This document shows, one piece after another, positions 52,103-63,869 of a DNA stretch of 64,000 nt. Every line of letters begins with the position of its first letter. Position 1 is the stretch's first letter. The DNA comes from Octopus sinensis (Eukaryota). The notes under the pieces were generated by a model. The model did no database searches. It had not been told where the DNA came from and saw only the letters and a program-made list of their open reading frames with translations. Location: the NCBI RefSeq assembly GCF_006345805.1, contig NC_042999.1:27590001-27654000 (forward strand). Direction: 5' to 3'. The position numbers and the translations under genes are program-made.

Positions 52103-52151
52103 TAACACAATGTTTTGGCTGATATACCCTCCCGCCTTCATCAGGTGTCTT
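52103..52151 (-). ncRNA. Degenerate hammerhead ribozyme remnant
   Basis: Minus strand reads GACAC CTGATGA A GGC..GCC AAAAC ATT GTGTT. Stem I and CUGAUGA are intact, but GAAA is mutated to AAAA. Confidence 0.5.
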
Positions 52152-52184
52152 GGGGAAATTTTGAAAAGTAGTTGATATAAACTC

Positions 52185-52597
52185 CAGGAGTGGCTGTGTG
52201 GTAAGTAGCTTGCTTACCAACCACATCGTTCCGGGTTCAGTCCCACTGTGTGGCACCTTGGGTAAGTGTCTTCTACTATAGCCTCGGGCCGACCAAAGCC
52301 TTGTGAGTGGATTTGGTAGACGGAAACTGAAAGAAGCATGTCGTATATATGTATATAAATATATATGTATGTGTGTGTATATGTTTGTGTGTCTGTGTTT
52401 GTCCCTCCCAACGTCGCTTGACAACCGATGCTGGTGTGTTTACATCCCTGTAACTTAGCGGTTCGGCAAAAGAGGCCGATAGAATAAGTACTAGGCTTAC
52501 AAAGAATAAGTCCTGGGGTTGATTTGCTCGACTAAAGGCGGTGCTCCGGCATGGCCACAGTCAAATGACTGAAACAAATAAAAGAGTAAAAGAGTAA
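52185..52597 (+). mobile_element. SINE family B
   Basis: Full-length match. Confidence 0.87.
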
Positions 52598-53229
52598 ATA
52601 TATATGTGTGTGTGTCTTTGCACAAATTTTCACAACCCATGCTGATGCACCACCCCTATTTTCCAGTGCCCCATTGATGGGGCATACACCCCACGTCGGG
52701 AAACACTGGTCTAAAATATAATATGCTCACAAAATTACATGAAATAAAATAATTTTGTTTGTTTTTATTAACATCTATTATTAATTTATTGTGTGCTATG
52801 TTACATAATTAAACAATATGTTGTAATCACACAAAAACTTTCAAATTACAGTTGGTCCCTTTTTTTCATAATTCCTTTTTTGGAACTGGATCTTAAGTCC
52901 CTTGGCAGCCTTTGACATTTTCAATCAAAAAATGGGTTTTCAACCCATTGTTTATATGCTATTATTTATAGCTTTACAAGCTCTTTGAGATCCGGTTCCA
53001 AAAAGGGATTATCTAATGTTCTCTTGAAAGTTTATAAATTCTTATGATATCAACAACACACTCTTCTCTCTGATAAAAATAAAGTTTCTTAAATGGATAG
53101 AGAATTTCAAAGGACTGCTTTGATCCAATGCTGGAACATGTTATGTCTACAAGCGATGTAGATTTAAGTTCTATGGATAGCCTTTGACCTTTTTCTATTC
53201 AAAAAGGGTTTTGAGGCTCAATATTTATA

Positions 53230-53646
53230 TACTCTCTCTTTTACTCTTTTACTTGTTTCATTCCTTTGACTTTGGCCATGCTGGAGCACCGCCTTTAGTT
53301 GAGCAAATCGACCCCAGGACTTATTCTTTGTAAGCCCAGTACTTATTCTATCGGTCTCTTTTGCCGAACTGCTAAGTGACGGGGACATAAACACACCAGC
53401 ATCGGTTGTCAAGCAATGCAAGGGGGACAAACACAGACAAACACATAAACACACACACATATATATATATATACATATATACGATGGGCTTCTTTCAATT
53501 TCCGTCTACCAAATCCACTCACAAGTCATTGGTCGGCCCGGGGCTATAGCAGAAGACACTTGCCCAAGATGCCACGCAGTGGGACTGAACCCGGAACCAT
53601 GTGGTTGTTTAGCAAGCTACTTACCACACAGCCACTCCTGCGCCTA
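53230..53646 (-). mobile_element. SINE family B
   Basis: Full-length reverse-complement match. Confidence 0.87.
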
Positions 53647-53953
53647 TGCTATCGTTTTGTAGCTTTTTTTTTTTTATTAAGGTGGCAAGCTGGCAGAATT
53701 GTTAGTATGGTGGGCAAAATACTTGGCAGCACTTCGTCCAGCTTCTTGTTCTGAGTTCAAATTTTGCTGATGTTGACCTTGCTTCTCATCCTTTCGGGGA
53801 TTGATAAAATAAGTACCAGTTGAGTACTGGGGTTGGATATAATCAACTTACCCCCTTCCTCAAAATTGCTGACCTTACACCAAAATTTTGAAACCATTAT
53901 TTGTAGTTTTATATGTACTTCAAGATCCGGTTTCAAACAAGAATTATTTCACA

Positions 53954-54452
53954 CTAGCAGTATTGACCAGCTTTGCAAAATGGTCACATTTAATTCAAAG
54001 CGTTAAAAATGTTATGAAAACAATTGGTATGTGTTCACAAAGTCCAAACAATTAATACGAAAAAACCCTCCAGGCTACATCCCGAAAATTCATTTCTTTG
54101 CCGAATTTCTACAATGTTTACGGCGATTCGTTTTTATATCTTGATTTTTTTTATTTTTCATGCAATTTACGCATGCTTGCACGCATGGTGAACACAGTTC
54201 ACATCAAACAGCTGACTGAGTAAAGTTCACTATTCAATGCATGCGATAAGGCCTAAACAAACACATTATTGATTTTTGCCCTTGCGAGATGAATTTTGAA
54301 ACAGAAATAGTGCAGTTCGATTTTCATTCGCCTAAATTTTAAGTGACCTATTTTTGGTGGTTCTACGATTTATTGGCTAGGAGGAGATGTGCCGGGAAGT
54401 TAAACACACAGATACACACACATACAAACAAATTGAGTTTTATATATATAGA
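53954..54452 (-). mobile_element. Non-autonomous Helitron, second family
   Basis: Minus strand TCTATATATATAAAAC...TACTGCTAG, inserted at an A|T site. Confidence 0.7.
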
Positions 54453-55477
54453 TTTGCACAAAACTTTATAAATTCTTACATCAACTACTATCTTTTATAA
54501 TCTGAAGAAGTTTCTTTCATGTCTAAAGCTTTTGTTACATCTCAATTGACTGTCAGCACCCACTACATGGACAGCTGGGTAGGCTGTAGCTGGAGGTGTA
54601 CAGGCATACCCTGAGACTGCAACATCTCCAGCAATTCTTCAATGTTGAACAGGTGTGGCTGTCATTTATCACATGTGTTTTGCCACAGCTCATCCCTTTG
54701 ACAGCTTGATATGTTTCAAGACCCACTGTTCCAAAAGAAATTTATTTCATGCTCTCTTTAGAAAGTTTATAAAATTCTTAAGATGTCAACTGTCTGTCTG
54801 TCTTTATACTTGAATATGCTTGTGTGTGAGCATGTGTATGCTTGTGCTTCTAATGAGTGTATGCATATGTAAATGTGTGTGAATGGGTGTATAAACCTGC
54901 CATTCTGTCACCAGCATTTTATTAACATATAACTAAAATCATAATGTATATATATTTAGCAATCACGAATATATTGACCATGGTAGCATTTGTGAGAATA
55001 AAATTTCAGATGATCTCAGTAATCAAAATCTACCATGCCATTTGGCAGGCAGTTTTTATATGCCTGGTGTGGTGGCCCTAGTGAAAGAGGTTGTAGGGTG
55101 GACAAGATTAGAAGGGGCTGAAGATAAATACCTTCCTCTTTGGCCAATCTCTCATCAACTTCTTCAAGTTTCACTTGCCGAGAAAAATTAAGGTGGAGAG
55201 AGAAGGGTTGCCTTCTAGCCATTTCGTTGAAAGGTGGATGAGAGTGGTGAGCAGGATGTGAGTGAATGGCCTGCCCTGAGCATATGCCTGTAAACTGGAG
55301 ATATGGAACTGAAAAGAGGCACCTACCTCAGAAGTTAGGGCAGCTGTAGTTTTATGAGGTTTTTCTATAAGCATCCCTCGAATGTCTCCTTCCTGTTGAT
55401 GATTACACATTGTTAAAATGCTATTGCTTTGTTTTTTTTTCATTAAACTCTCACAACATACACTCACACACATTCAG

Positions 55478-55790
55478 TTGTGGAACACATGGACTAATGG
55501 TTAGAGCAGCGGACTCGCGGTCGAGGAATCGCGGGTTCGAATCTCAGACCAGGCGATGTGTGTGTTTATGAGTGAAAACACCTAAGCTGCATGCGGCTCC
55601 AGCAGAAGGTAATGGCGAACTTCTGCTGACTCTTTCGCCACAACTTTCTCTCACTCTTTCCTCTTGCATCTTGCAACTCACTTGCGATGGACCGGCGTCC
55701 CGTCCAGGTGGGGAACCTATACGCCAAGAAACCAGGAAACTGGTCCTTATGAGCCAGGCATGGCTCGAGAAGGAACAAACAACACACATT
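55478..55790 (+). mobile_element. tRNA-headed SINE family E
   Basis: A/B boxes. Matches 62500-62775 in reverse. Confidence 0.85.
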
Positions 55791-55884
55791 CAATGTTTTG
55801 TCCTGTGCCATCCATAATGCTTTTCTTGATGTGAACCCTTTGTGGTCAATAAAGAATTGATTATTATTATCATTATTATTATTA

Positions 55885-56381
55885 TTGAGTGAGAGAGCAG
55901 TTCATGCCATCAAACTGACACTGGGGTAAAATATACGAAGCCCCGTATACCCATCATAACTACCCGTCTGATAAGGGTAAACCAGGCACATGCATCACAA
56001 CCATATGTGCGCGACATGGTAATCTCATATCAAGATAAACAGTAGATGGGGCCCAGTTAGAATTTTGTTCTGGTCGAGTAGCCCATCCCGCTCAAAAGGT
56101 CCCTGAATAAGGGTTGTTTAAGGATGTTGAACGAACCACCCATGTTTCCAGGGGTGAATTATTCAAACCCCAAAGAATCCCTCTCAACACATGGCTATGA
56201 TGCTCCTCCACTACTTCTGCTCGTGATCAGAGATGCACATATCGTCAGCCACTAAGGGACATGCTCAACTGGTTAAGGTCAAACAACTGACAAGCAAATC
56301 TGTGGTATTAAGCAGAATATTTGCTGTAGCCCATCTTTTATACCAAGACAAAACAACGTACATGATAACACTTCCAATCAG
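55885..56381 (-). mobile_element. Family F element ending ~25 nt upstream of microexon 4
   Basis: Match to 28924-29440. (TTA)n flanks. Confidence 0.88.
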
Positions 56382-56406
56382 TTATTATTATTATTATTAT
56401 TAACAG

Positions 56407-56443
56407 CTGCTGAACGCCGTGCAGGAGACAAACATTGCCGAAG
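56407..56443 (+). CDS. KATNAL2: KATNAL2 37-nt microexon 4 (AAERRAGDKHCRS)
   Basis: TTAACAG| acceptor and AG|GTAAAG donor. Phase 1 in and phase 2 out exactly bridge exon 3 and exon 5. Sequence conservation is weak, so the call rests on phase and splice signals. Confidence 0.65.
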
Positions 56444-56670
56444 GTAAAGAAATTATAAAATTGCTTTGTTTGCTGTTTATTGAGTTGTTGCTGTAGCTAT
56501 TATTGCAGTTATTACTGTGCTTTTTACACTAGCTGTTATAGTAGTTCTGATAACAAAGAAGATAGTGACCTCTGTTAATTAGTCATGTATCAGTTAGACC
56601 TAGAAAATATATTCATCCATGACCGTCTCATCCATCTTTTATTTAAACATTGTGTCTATATATATATATA

Positions 56671-56875
56671 CTCTTTTACTCTTTTACTTGTTTCAGACAT
56701 TTGACTGTGGCCATGCTGGAGCACCGCCTTAGTTGAGCAAATCGACCCCAGGACGTATTCGTTGTAAGCCTAGTACTTAGTCTATCGGTCTCTATGGGGT
56801 CGATTTGCTCGACTAAATGCGGTGCTCCAGCATGGCCACAGTCAAATGACTGAAACAAGTAAAAGAGTAAAAGAG
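56671..56875. repeat. Fold-back of two SINE-B tails (~80-bp arms, 44-nt loop)
   Basis: 56671-56750 is the reverse complement of 56795-56875, with (TA)n outside both arms. Confidence 0.88.
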
Positions 56876-56899
56876 TATATATATATATAGACTGGAGAT

Positions 56900-57525
56900 G
56901 AAAAATGGATTGAGTATGAAAACAAAGTGCAAAAAGATACTGGAGTTTGCGTAAGGATACCTCCAAACAGCAACCTAGGATGAATATCCATGCCCCCCCC
57001 AAACCTATGCTTTGTGTTTGGTGGGATCATAAAAGCATTATTTATTATGAGCTTCTCCACAAAACCAGAGCACTTATTCTGATGTGTACTGACGTCAGCT
57101 GTCTAATTTGAACCAAAATCAAAGAATTTAGGCCAAAGATTACCAATACGAAAGGAGTGGTGCACCAACAAGACGACGCCCAACCCCATGTGTCTTTGGC
57201 TACCCGAACAATGTTACATGAACTTGGCTGGGTGCTTTTACCCCATCCACCATATTCTCCTGATATTGTACCATCCGACTACCACTTGTTTTTGTTTCTA
57301 CAGTACTCATTGCAAGGAAAAATATTTAACGATTTAAATGAATGTATCTAGATAAATTTTTTTCTTCAAAACCAGTCAAATTTTATGCTGAGAGAATATT
57401 TCAATTGTCTGATAGATGGGCAAAGGTCATTAATAATAATGGAAGATACTTCATTGAATAAAATTTATTGAAAAATCAATTATTTATATCCCTTTTTGCA
57501 TATTAAAAAATGCTCCAACCTAATA
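56900..57525 (+). mobile_element. Mariner transposase 3' relic
   Basis: PKPMLCVWWD..YELL; QDDAQPH..LPHPPYSPDIVPSDYHLF. Confidence 0.8.
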
Positions 57526-58278
57526 TATATATCCAGCATTATCATATATGTTCTTCCTTTTTTATGACTATAGAGTGTGCTTTTAGAGAGAGATATTTGC
57601 TATTTCTATCAGTTTGAGCAATCACTTGTTGAGTCATGGTGACAGTGGTGGTGATGTTGGTATTGATGATAGAGGAAGCTGTAAAAATAGTTTGCATTAC
57701 AATAATTCAATCCACTGTACAGAATGTCTTCTCTATAAGCTCTTTGGTTATTTCCAGTAATGATATTAAATATCTACCTGAAAAATAGAACTAGTATTTT
57801 CTGCAAGCCATGCTGACTTAATAAACCCAGCATATCTCAACGGAAAATAGTTTTAAAAACATTACTTTCCTCAACAAAATTAGATTGCTGTATAAAACTG
57901 CTTTCTGCACTTAAGAGTAATGACATTTTGAGAGGATAAATCTGATTTCCTCCGTAAAAGTGTTAATAGAAATATACCAAACTGTATGATAGGAATCTAT
58001 CCATGGCTGCTAAACTGTTCTAATTATAGAAATAAAACCGAATGATATGAAACAATTAGGGAGCCTCAATATGCTAGACATAGCAGTGAAATCTCCCTCA
58101 GTCACACTCTCATGGTTCTAGTGTCAGTATTCTTTTATAATGCTTTATTAGGATATTAAAACATCCCCAGTATGAAACCAGTATTTTATTTTATCAGCCC
58201 TCAATGGATGTATGGATGGATGGATGGATGGTAACAGTGGTCTAAACAGGATTTGAACAAAGAACACAGAGTTCTATA

Positions 58279-58682
58279 ACTGTGTGGTAAGTAGCTTGTT
58301 TACCAACCACATGGTTCCGGGTTCAGTCCCACTGCGTGGAACCTTAGGTAAGTGTCTTCTACTATAGCCTCGGGCCGACCAAAGCCTTGTGAGTGGATTT
58401 GGTAGACGGAAACTGAAAGAAGCCCGTCGTATATATGTATATATATATGTGTGTGTGTGTGTGTTTGTGTGTCTGTGTTTGTCCCCCTAGCATTGCTTGA
58501 CAACCGATGCTGGTGTGTTTATGTCCCCGTTACTTAGCGGTTCGGCAAAAGAGACCAATAGAATAAGTACTGGGCTTACAAAAGAATAAATCCTGGGGTC
58601 GAATTGCTCGATTAAAGGCGGTGCTCCAGCATGGCCACAGTCAAATGACTGAAACAAGTAAAAGAGTAAAGAGTAAAAGAGT
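58279..58682 (+). mobile_element. SINE family B (5' end slightly truncated)
   Basis: Match to family B. Confidence 0.85.
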
Positions 58683-58924
58683 AACTAAGCGCCACAGACA
58701 TTTTATCCAATATTCTAACAATGCTGGCTATTGAATGCCATGTCTCAAAGGAAAGATACACTGGTTAATATAGTCCAAGATATACTATGTCTGAAAAATA
58801 GATGGTAGGTTCATGGCTAGAATGTCTTTGACCATATGTCTGTTGCGTAAGAGTTGACCTAAGTTTAAACAACCTAGGAGAACAAAAACTTTTATGATTC
58901 CACTGCATCTATTTATATTTCCAG

Positions 58925-59078
58925 TGCCAAGTCATCAGCGACTCTTGTAAATGGATTGCCACAGATAAGTGGAGGATCTCGAGGTCACATTTCACCCCCA
59001 CTTGCAAATCCATGCCAAACCTCAGGAAGACAAAAGTTATCAGCACATCAGACAAAAAGAAATTTTAAAAGTAACCCA
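58925..59078 (+). CDS. KATNAL2: KATNAL2 coding exon 5 (AKSSATLVNGLPQISGG...RNFKSNP), linker region
   Basis: Acceptor TTTATATTTCCAG| and donor CCA|GTAAGA. Open frame of 1+153 nt. LPQI corresponds to LPKI in the KATNAL2 linker. Confidence 0.7.
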
Positions 59079-59179
59079 GTAAGAAAATCACATTTTCTAC
59101 CTTACTGTTTTAGCATTAACATCCTGGACATTGCTTTGTCATCGTATGGATATTTAAATTGAAATATTGAAAGGAATTA

Positions 59180-59591
59180 GGATCTTTTCGGTTTGAACGG
59201 CAGTTTTTAACATAATTTCTAGGTAACTAAAAAAGTTTAAACTTCGTATACTGGTAGAATGTGTTTATAAAACATCTTGTGTTTATAAAACATCTTTTTC
59301 TCTTGGCTTTGTAAGATATTTGTTGCTTTTTTCTTCAATTTCTGCAATTTCAACCAATCACTGACGTCTATTGAGACAAAAAACATTTTGTGCCATATGA
59401 ATATATCCCTTGTTTAAGAAATAGATTGGGTTAATTTACATTTTTGAAGATAAAAAGATACCCTTCCCCACCCCCTAAACCTAACCCTAAAAGAGATTGA
59501 AATGCAATAGATCGATACTAGGGTCATAATTATGGGTGACAATTTCATATGACACCGCTAGAAAAAACTGCCGTTCAAACCGAAAGGATCC
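59180..59591 (-). mobile_element. MITE family M1, ~100 nt downstream of exon 5
   Basis: TSD AGGAATTA/AGTAATTA. Confidence 0.87.
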
Positions 59592-60189
59592 AGTAATTAT
59601 CCTTGTCATAGGAAATGTCATCGTCATTGAAAGGAAATATCAGTCGTATGGCATCCTTGTCATACAAACTGAAATATCATTATTACATGTAATATGGAAT
59701 AGAATATCATTATTGCATGAAATATGAGTTAAACTATCATTTATCATCCCAATCATCATCATCTTCATAACCACCACCATCACTATCATTGTTTAATTTC
59801 CACTTTTCCATGCTTGCATGGGATTTCGTTGATCTGGATTTTCTGCAGGTGGATGCCCAGTCTTCTAAGTTTATATTCTGCCAGACCAGACATGCTTTCA
59901 TGGAAGATTAGAAATGAAGGACACCACTTATATTATGGCGATATTTGTTTACGATCGTCATATGAAATGAAGGCAAGGAGAGACAGTAGCACTTACACAC
60001 ACACACACATACACACACACACACACACACATATATTGATAGAAATGGTAAGATAACAAAAGAAAGAAAGAGACCTCGATATTATGCAAATAGAGGAATT
60101 TATCTGTAAATATATGTGACAATTATTTGGACTTTTATCATGGCTACTGAATAATCGTCACATATTATATTTACATATATATATATATA

Positions 60190-60565
60190 AAAAGCACCAT
60201 CCGAACATAGTCAATGTCAGTGCCGCCTCGACTGGCTTCCATGCCGCTGGCACGTAAAAAGCACCATTTGAACATGGCCGATGCTAGTGCCACCTTGACC
60301 AGCTTCCATGCCGGTGGCACATAAAAAGCATCAATCCAATCGTGGCCATTGCCAGCCTCACCTGGCACCTGTGCCAGTGGCACGCAAAAAGCACCCACTA
60401 CACTCTCGGAGTTGTTGGCATTAGGAAGGGCATCCAGCTATAGAAACACTACCAGATCAGACTGGAGCCTGGTGCAGCCTTCTGGCTTCCCAGATCCCAG
60501 TCGAACCGTCCATCCCATGCTAGCATGGAAAACGGGTGTTAAAAGATGATGATGATGATGATGAT
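60190..60565 (+). mobile_element. RTE 3' UTR with (GAT)n tail
   Basis: Reverse complement of 44660-45100. Confidence 0.78.
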
Positions 60566-60661
60566 ATATACATAGATATATTGAAGTTTTGTGCTAGAAA
60601 ATATGTATGTATGTAAGTATGTATGCCTGCATATTTATTTATTGCTTCTACTTTTTTAAAG

Positions 60662-60793
60662 ACTATTGGTCAAGTCGCAAAGCAGAGTTCAGAAGATAAA
60701 GGTGACCTCCAGCTCATTGCTACAAATGTCGCTTCAAGTCAAAAGCAAGAGCAAAACAAAGAAAGTGGGCAAATAAAGGACAGACATCTACAG
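60662..60793 (+). CDS. KATNAL2: KATNAL2 coding exon 6 (TIGQVAKQSSEDKGDLQLIATNV...KDRHLQ); gene continues beyond the window
   Basis: Acceptor CTTCTACTTTTTTAAAG| and strong donor CAG|GTAAGA. 132 nt open, phase 0/0, compatible with exon 5. Confidence 0.72.
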
Positions 60794-60962
60794 GTAAGAG
60801 ACATAAAATCCTAACACCTCTTCCCTGTTACCTTTGCATTTGTCTTTGTCTTTTACCGTAACCTTGGATCAAATGAGGGAAAATTGGTAAACAGAAATTG
60901 CATGGCAACCCTTCGAGAGAATTGCTCTTGTATTTTTGAAGATTTTAATTGGTCACCCTTTC

Positions 60963-61348
60963 ATTGGAAGCACTCCGTCGGTAACGACGATGAGGGTTCC
61001 GGTTGATCCGATCAACGGAACAGCCTGCTTGTGAAACTAACGTGTAAGTGGCTGAGCACTCCACAGACACGTGTACCCTTAACGTAGTTCTCGGGGATAT
61101 TCAGCGTGACACAGAGAGTGACAAGGCTGGCCCTTTGAAATACAGGTACAACAGAAACAGGAAGTAAGAGTGAGAGAAAGTTGTGGTGAAAGAGCACAGC
61201 AGGGATCACCACCATCCCTGCCGGAGCCTCGTGGAGCTTTTAGGTGTTTTCGCTCAATAAACACTCACAACGCCCGGTCTGGGAATCGAAACTGTGATCC
61301 TACGACCGCGAGTCTGCTGCCCTAACCACTGGGCCATTGTGCCTCCAC
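60963..61348 (-). mobile_element. SINE family C, full length
   Basis: Match to 18692-19081. CACCCTTTCATT-like duplication on the flanks. Confidence 0.88.
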
Positions 61349-61739
61349 TCACCCTTTCATTACTGCATTATTGTTGAAATACACTACCCTTGTCTTAATT
61401 AATTTTAAAGATAATGAGGAATTTATTAAAATAGCTCTGTCACTTTTAAGCTGGTATTTCGAACAGAAATTAACATAACATTTTGATGGAAGTTTTCAAT
61501 TTTGATTATTTTCAAAATAGAGAATTTATATCATGAAACTAGGGGTGGTCTCAGGTGGGTTGGTATCAAAAGGGATAACAACAATACCTGGCGCTAGGGC
61601 TATGTATTCCTCTTAACCCTTTTGCATTCAGATTACTCTGCCAAAGGTAATGCTTTTTTTTTTAACTTACATTGTTTTAGATTCATCATGCATTATCTCA
61701 TATCTCATCATCATCATCCTCATCCTCATCATCATCATC

Positions 61740-62290
61740 ATCATCATTTTCATGCTGGCGTGGGTTGGATGGTTTAATCAGAGCTGGCTAGCGGGAAAGC
61801 TGCACCAGGTTCTAGTTTCATTTTGGCTTTGTTTCAATGCCTAATTTCCCTTCCTGACACCAACCACTTTACACTTATGTGTTGGGTGCTTTTAACATTG
61901 CACCAGCATGAGCGCTTCTACATGGCACCGGCTCAGGACTCTTGCAGGCCAATCCTCTTCACCAGTGGCTTTAACACTTCTGTTGCGGACGGCAGGTCTT
62001 CTTGAGTACAGCAAGGTACTGAATATTTCAGTCCTTTGTCATCTTCTCTGAAACGTTCATTGTCCTGGGAGTCATCCTTCAGGACCTCATCTCATGTCTT
62101 CCTTGGTCTCCCTCTTCCACGAGTTTCATCCACTTTGAGAGATTGGCACTTCTTTATGGAGTTGTCGCCATCCATCGGCATCAGATGACCAAACCAGCAC
62201 AGTTTTCTCTCTTGCACACTGCCTCTTATTCTTTTTATGCCTAACTTCTCTCTCATTACACTAGCACTCTGTTGTACATGTACACATACA
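61740..62290 (-). mobile_element. Old RTE LINE 3' fragment
   Basis: ERKLCWFGHL..TRGRGRPRKT and a decayed 3' UTR. Confidence 0.7.
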
Positions 62291-62499
62291 TTACACTTTA
62301 ACAATATGAACCAATGTAAGAATCTCTGCACAGTCGCTTAGCTAGAAATAGAAGCTAAATTTCCACTAATTATGCTCTACCATATTAAAAAAGGACAGAT
62401 TAGATAACATAGTTCTAGGTAAAATAGAAAAACAAATGGGATCTTTAAGCATAGGTCTGCTGGGTCAGGGTTGACCCAGTGTTAAAGGACAAAGAGTAG

Positions 62500-62775
62500 T
62501 TCCTGGCTCATAAGGGCCAGTTTCTTGGCATATAAGTTCCCCACCTGGACGGGACGCCGGTCCATCGCAGGTGAACTGCAAGATGCAGGAGGAAAGAGTG
62601 AGAGAAAGTTGTGGCAAAAGAATCAACAGAAGTTCGCCATTACCTTCTGCCGGAGCCACTTGGAGCTTAGGTGTTTCGCTCATAAACACACACATCGCCT
62701 GGTCTGAGATTCGAACCCGTGATCCCTCGACTGCGAGTCCGCTGCTCTAACCACTAGGCCATCTGCCTCCACACA
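62500..62775 (-). mobile_element. SINE family E
   Basis: Match to 55478-55790. Confidence 0.85.
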
Positions 62776-62869
62776 CAGAGTAGTGATTGATTATTATTTT
62801 AGATTAACTAAAATAATAAAGCAGATTACAACATATCCACAGTGGTGTCAATATTTTAGCTCATATGTG

Positions 62870-63270
62870 TAGGCATAGATGTAGGGTAAGAAGTTTGCTA
62901 CTCAGCCACATGATTTCAGGTTCAGTTCTACTGTGTGGTCCCTTGGGTGGGTGTCTTCTACTACTGCCTTGGGATGAATAAAGCCTTGTGAGTGGATTTG
63001 GTAAATGGAAACTGAAAGAAGACTGTTGTATATGAACTTATCTATGTGTGTGCATGTCTTTGTGTCTGTGCTTGATCCTCACCCCCATTTGACAACTGGT
63101 GCTGATATGTTTATGTTCCTGTAATCTAGCAGTTCAGCAAAAAGGACTGATAGAATAAGTTACAAACTTAAAAAGCAAAATAAGTATTGGGATTGATTTA
63201 TTCGACTAAAAATTCTTCAAAGGCCGGGACCAGCAATGCTGCCGTCTAACGACTGAAACAAGTAAAAGAT
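62870..63270 (+). mobile_element. Old diverged SINE family B
   Basis: Degenerate head, CORE-like body and tail. Confidence 0.65.
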
Positions 63271-63869
63271 GTATGTAAACATAAGTGTATGTATGTATAT
63301 GTATGTGTGTGTGTGTGTATGTGTGTGCATGGAAATGTGATACTGTCTCTTTGCCTTGACAATCTCAATTCCCTTCATTTCCAAACATCCATAAAAAAAT
63401 ATTTCTGGTCATGGGGAAATATTATCTTGCCTGGAAACAGGTGAAGGTTGGTGGCAGAAAGGACATCTCCAGCTAAAAAAAATACACCTCAACAAAACTC
63501 TGTCTGATCCATGCGAGCGTGGAAAAGCGGACAAGGAAACCAATGATGATGATGATGATAAATAATTCATAATAAACAGACTGCATCTTTAACAATTGCT
63601 TTTAGGCCATTGAATTATAAATATTACTAATCTACAATTCATGATGTGTCTTTGTGTGTTATAGAAAACTATAGAACAAAATCAAAAAGATAATCAAAAT
63701 CTTTGAAATAATGGAACAAGTTTGAATGCTATGCTTTAATCCTTTAGTATTTTGTTATATCGCTAAACTACACAGTGGCTGTGTGAGCTACGAAATCCTT
63801 GCTGCCACTGTTATATATATGTATATGTATGGATGTATGTGCGTGTGTATACATACATACATATATATA

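Noticed and set aside
55009-55400. TTTCAG acceptor with an open frame as a KATNAL2 exon
   Set aside because: No similarity to KATNAL2 and no suitable donor; the 56407-56443 exon already bridges the phases. More likely a decayed LINE.
58890-58945. Minus-strand CTGATGA...GAAA
   Set aside because: No stem II or stem I, and it overlaps KATNAL2 exon 5, which explains the sequence.
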